DNA from: Candidatus Nitrosopolaris sp.
GTDB lineage: Archaea; Thermoproteota; Nitrososphaeria; Nitrososphaerales; Nitrososphaeraceae
Direction: 5' to 3'
Assembly: GCA_036519475.1 (NCBI GenBank)
Contig: DATDLD010000098.1
Span: forward strand, 1 to 49,124
Length of the DNA: 49,124 nucleotides
A program made the translations under genes and the position numbers. A model generated the notes under the pieces. The model had not been told where the DNA came from, did not search any database, and was given only the letters and a program-made list of their open reading frames with translations. Of this stretch, positions 46,677 to 49,124 are shown piece after piece (positions within the stretch are counted from its first letter, which is position 1; every line of letters starts with the position of its first letter).

Positions 46677-47525
46677 TTAGCCATATGACTCGAACTTTAC
46701 ATCATAGCTCCCATCCTTTCTTTTGTTGCGTTCTGTGACAAAACCTTTAGGAATCAAGTAATCAAGTGCACCATCTACGGTACCCTGCCAACCACATACA
46801 TAGAATGAAGTATTTTCTGGAGTTATTTTTTCACCAACTATCTCCTCAAGAGGGGATCGTTCGATTCCTGGTTTGGGTCTTAGAAAAGATTCTACTCTGC
46901 CTTTTTGTCCGCCCCATGTTCTGTTAAACCATTCCTGGGGCCTGCTAATGCTTGCTCTATAATGGAAGTTCCATTTGTCTCTCCCCCTGTCGACGCTCTC
47001 TTCTTCCAAATCAAAGAGCAGATCCCGATAACTTAATTCGTCAACGTAACTTGCCCCATGTAACACAATTATTTCTCGTTTAGTCTGAATGGATCGTAAG
47101 TGTAAAGAATATGCTATGAATGGTGCCAAGCCTGTTCCTCCTCCTATTAGGACTAATCTCCTATTATCCTCTGTTCCGTCGTGCATCTTTTCGTTAATAG
47201 TAAAGATGCCAGTAGGTTTTACCCATGCTATATCATCTCCTTCCTTCTTGTTGAATAACTCAGTTGTTAAACGACCCGGGACAGGCTTTCTAACCCATCT
47301 TACCAGTAATTCAAAATATTTCTTCCTTTCAGGAGGTGATGCTATAGAATAGGCTCTGCGAATAATTTTACCCTCGTTAGGCACATAAAGGCCTATGGTC
47401 ACGAATTGACCTGGTTTAAAGTCAGGAACAGCCCCGTCCAGAGGATTTATGCGTAATATAATAAGGTCCTCCTTGAGGACGCGAATATAGGAGATCCTCC
47501 CTTTATTATCAACTACCATATACAA
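46677..47525 (-). CDS. ferredoxin-NADP+ reductase-like oxidoreductase (FNR family)
   Basis: RAYSIAS (FAD RxYS motif), LIGGGTGLAPF (NAD(P) motif), C-terminal ...YVCG. Confidence 0.8.
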   Translation of the reverse strand: MYMVVDNKGRISYIRVLKEDLIILRINPLDGAVPDFKPGQFVTIGLYVPNEGKIIRRAYSIASPPERKKYFELLVRWVRKPVPGRLTTELFNKKEGDDIAWVKPTGIFTINEKMHDGTEDNRRLVLIGGGTGLAPFIAYSLHLRSIQTKREIIVLHGASYVDELSYRDLLFDLEEESVDRGRDKWNFHYRASISRPQEWFNRTWGGQKGRVESFLRPKPGIERSPLEEIVGEKITPENTSFYVCGWQGTVDGALDYLIPKGFVTERNKRKDGSYDVKFESYG

Positions 47526-47798
47526 TCGAGATTCGGTTTATGCTAAATAAATATATCGTAACTGATTCAATTATTAACATTACATTTTAGATATAATGCA
47601 TCTCTTTACCTTAGATATGCCAATATCCCGTACCATTTGTGAACTTACTACACACCTCTCGCCCTTAACCCATTTGTAAACAGAATTAGATTTGAAATAG
47701 TGTAATGGTTTTACCTATCCTACAGCCCCGGATGCTCCATATGGTAATAGTACGTAGGATAACTACGTAACAGCATAGGAGAACCAATGATCTGACCC

Positions 47799-47806
47799 TA
47801 TAAATA
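47799..47806 (+). promoter_or_regulatory. TATA box for the 47829 ORF (leaderless-type spacing)
   Basis: TATAAATA is centred about 26 nt upstream of the ATG at 47829. The nearest in-frame upstream stop is at 47793. Confidence 0.4.
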
Positions 47807-47828
47807 CTATAGTAGAATATTATATTAT

Positions 47829-49124
47829 ATGAAACAAGAAGAAGTCACTATTAAAAACCTCTCTTCGACTATTACAGTAGATTTTCCAAAGACTCCAGCA
47901 AGCGAAAGAACGACTAGCCAACATGAGCTGATAGTAAGGATTAATGGTACACTCCCAGATATTTCAACCCTAGGTAGTGAGGAAAAGTCAGAAAGGACAG
48001 CAGAGATAAAACGACAAAATATAAGCACAAACTCTTCTTGCTCACTATTTGCCAGAGATGAAACTAACCAAAATTTTCATATGCTTGTTGATGTAGGTCA
48101 AGACATACTCAAGAGTATCGAAAAAGGCACTACAGATCTAGGGTTCAATTCAGGAAATTCTTTGTCTTTGTCATCCTCTATTCCTGGTGCATTATTACTA
48201 ACTCATTCAGATGACGATCATATTAAAGAACTACCTATGCTGGTGAACAAAGTTGATAAATTGACAGGCAATTTGAAGATATTCTGTACTGTGGAATGTC
48301 GCGATGAAGTTATCAAAAAGTTCCCACAGCTATCCAAAAGAACATCTGATAGGGTTTCATTTAATATAATACAGCCAGACAAAATTTTCAAAGTTGGCCC
48401 ATTTTCAGTAATGCCGGTTTTAGCAGATCATGGCAATGATTCTCAGAATGGTTCTGTCGTCTATATAGTGGGAGGGGTAGATACAAAAATAATTATTGGC
48501 TGGGATTTTCTTTCATTGCATAATGCTGACCCTAATCTGTTCTGGAAGCCAGATCTTCTTATCTTAGGTACCCAATCTTACAATCCTCATCCTCAACAAA
48601 CTGGATCTATCAGTGTAAGTGATGCATTTGAACTCGTAAGAAGATGGAATGCAAAGGAATGCTATATAGTTCAATATAGTGGACTGCTTGACTTTGAAGA
48701 AGCATCAAATCAATGGTTTAGGGGTCCTGTAAAGGCAATGACAACTGACGAGCTTCAAAGAGCAATAAACGAGCATCTTGGGGTCACTGGGGATAATGGC
48801 AAATTTAGAATGACAGTAGCCAAAGAAGGAATGGTTTGGACTAAGAAAGAAGAGCAAGAACAACAACGCCAATCCTCTGATGAAAATGCTCCTATAGGCA
48901 AGGTACTTGAAATTGAAAGCCTCCAGAAATATGTTGTGAAGATTGAAAATGTAGATACACAGCATAGATTGAAACTTACAGTTGAAGATTCGGTTAACAG
49001 GTTTAACTTCGAATTTGTTAGACCAACTAATGATGGAAATAATGGGGATATTGTATATGCCCAAGGAGTGAAGGGAATGATGACGAAAGGACCCGAGTTA
49101 AAGGTGGAGATAGTTCCATCACAG
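47829..49124 (+). CDS. metallo-beta-lactamase-fold protein (variant HxDxDH motif), 3'-truncated by the window
   Basis: Absent from the ORF track. I translated 432 consecutive sense codons from the ATG at 47829 to the last base. Motifs in MBL order: FHMLVDVGQD, ALLLTHSDDDHIKEL, VLADHGN, IIIGWDF. Confidence 0.65.
   Translation, partial: MKQEEVTIKNLSSTITVDFPKTPASERTTSQHELIVRINGTLPDISTLGSEEKSERTAEIKRQNISTNSSCSLFARDETNQNFHMLVDVGQDILKSIEKGTTDLGFNSGNSLSLSSSIPGALLLTHSDDDHIKELPMLVNKVDKLTGNLKIFCTVECRDEVIKKFPQLSKRTSDRVSFNIIQPDKIFKVGPFSVMPVLADHGNDSQNGSVVYIVGGVDTKIIIGWDFLSLHNADPNLFWKPDLLILGTQSYNPHPQQTGSISVSDAFELVRRWNAKECYIVQYSGLLDFEEASNQWFRGPVKAMTTDELQRAINEHLGVTGDNGKFRMTVAKEGMVWTKKEEQEQQRQSSDENAPIGKVLEIESLQKYVVKIENVDTQHRLKLTVEDSVNRFNFEFVRPTNDGNNGDIVYAQGVKGMMTKGPELKVEIVPSQ

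Noticed and set aside
1-49124. CRISPR arrays, rRNA genes and IS-type transposases
   Set aside because: No regularly spaced direct repeats, no rRNA-like conserved stretches and no transposase-like ORFs were seen on either strand.

Overview
This is an AT-rich archaeal chromosomal window. Gene content fits an ammonia-oxidising Nitrososphaeria/Thaumarchaeota-type genome, but the taxon is inference only. Positions 1 to about 11,772 look like an integrated mobile genetic element whose left end is cut by the window. It carries RHH regulators, a 750-aa P-loop replication-type ATPase fused to a DUF4326-like domain, a membrane-anchored cupredoxin, a TerS-like/TerL packaging pair, a chain of overlapping mini-ORFs, an HNH/NUMOD3-type endonuclease and an intact tyrosine integrase abutting the 3' end of truD. 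No portal, capsid or tail genes are visible, and a decayed archaemetzincin fragment lies in the middle, so the element is mosaic, satellite-like or degraded. The remaining ~37 kb is ordinary core genome. It includes TruD, a Rieske protein, AsnRS, UbiD, an ABC ATPase, aIF6, TyrRS, TFE, signal peptidase, a GATase, two GT-B glycosyltransferases flanking AMMECR1 and PCD, and the S9-L13-L18e-RpoD operon. It also holds the exosome superoperon (SBDS-Rrp4-Rrp41-Rrp42-L37Ae-Pcc1-prefoldin beta), XPF, Ogg, a UbiE-type methyltransferase cluster, tRNA-Ala(GGC), a NUDIX hydrolase, a B12-radical-SAM enzyme and an FNR-like reductase. One 432-codon ORF (47829 to the window end, metallo-beta-lactamase-like) is missing from the supplied ORF track because it has no stop in the window. 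No CRISPR array and no rRNA were seen. All calls come from reading translations and motifs by eye; no searches were run.
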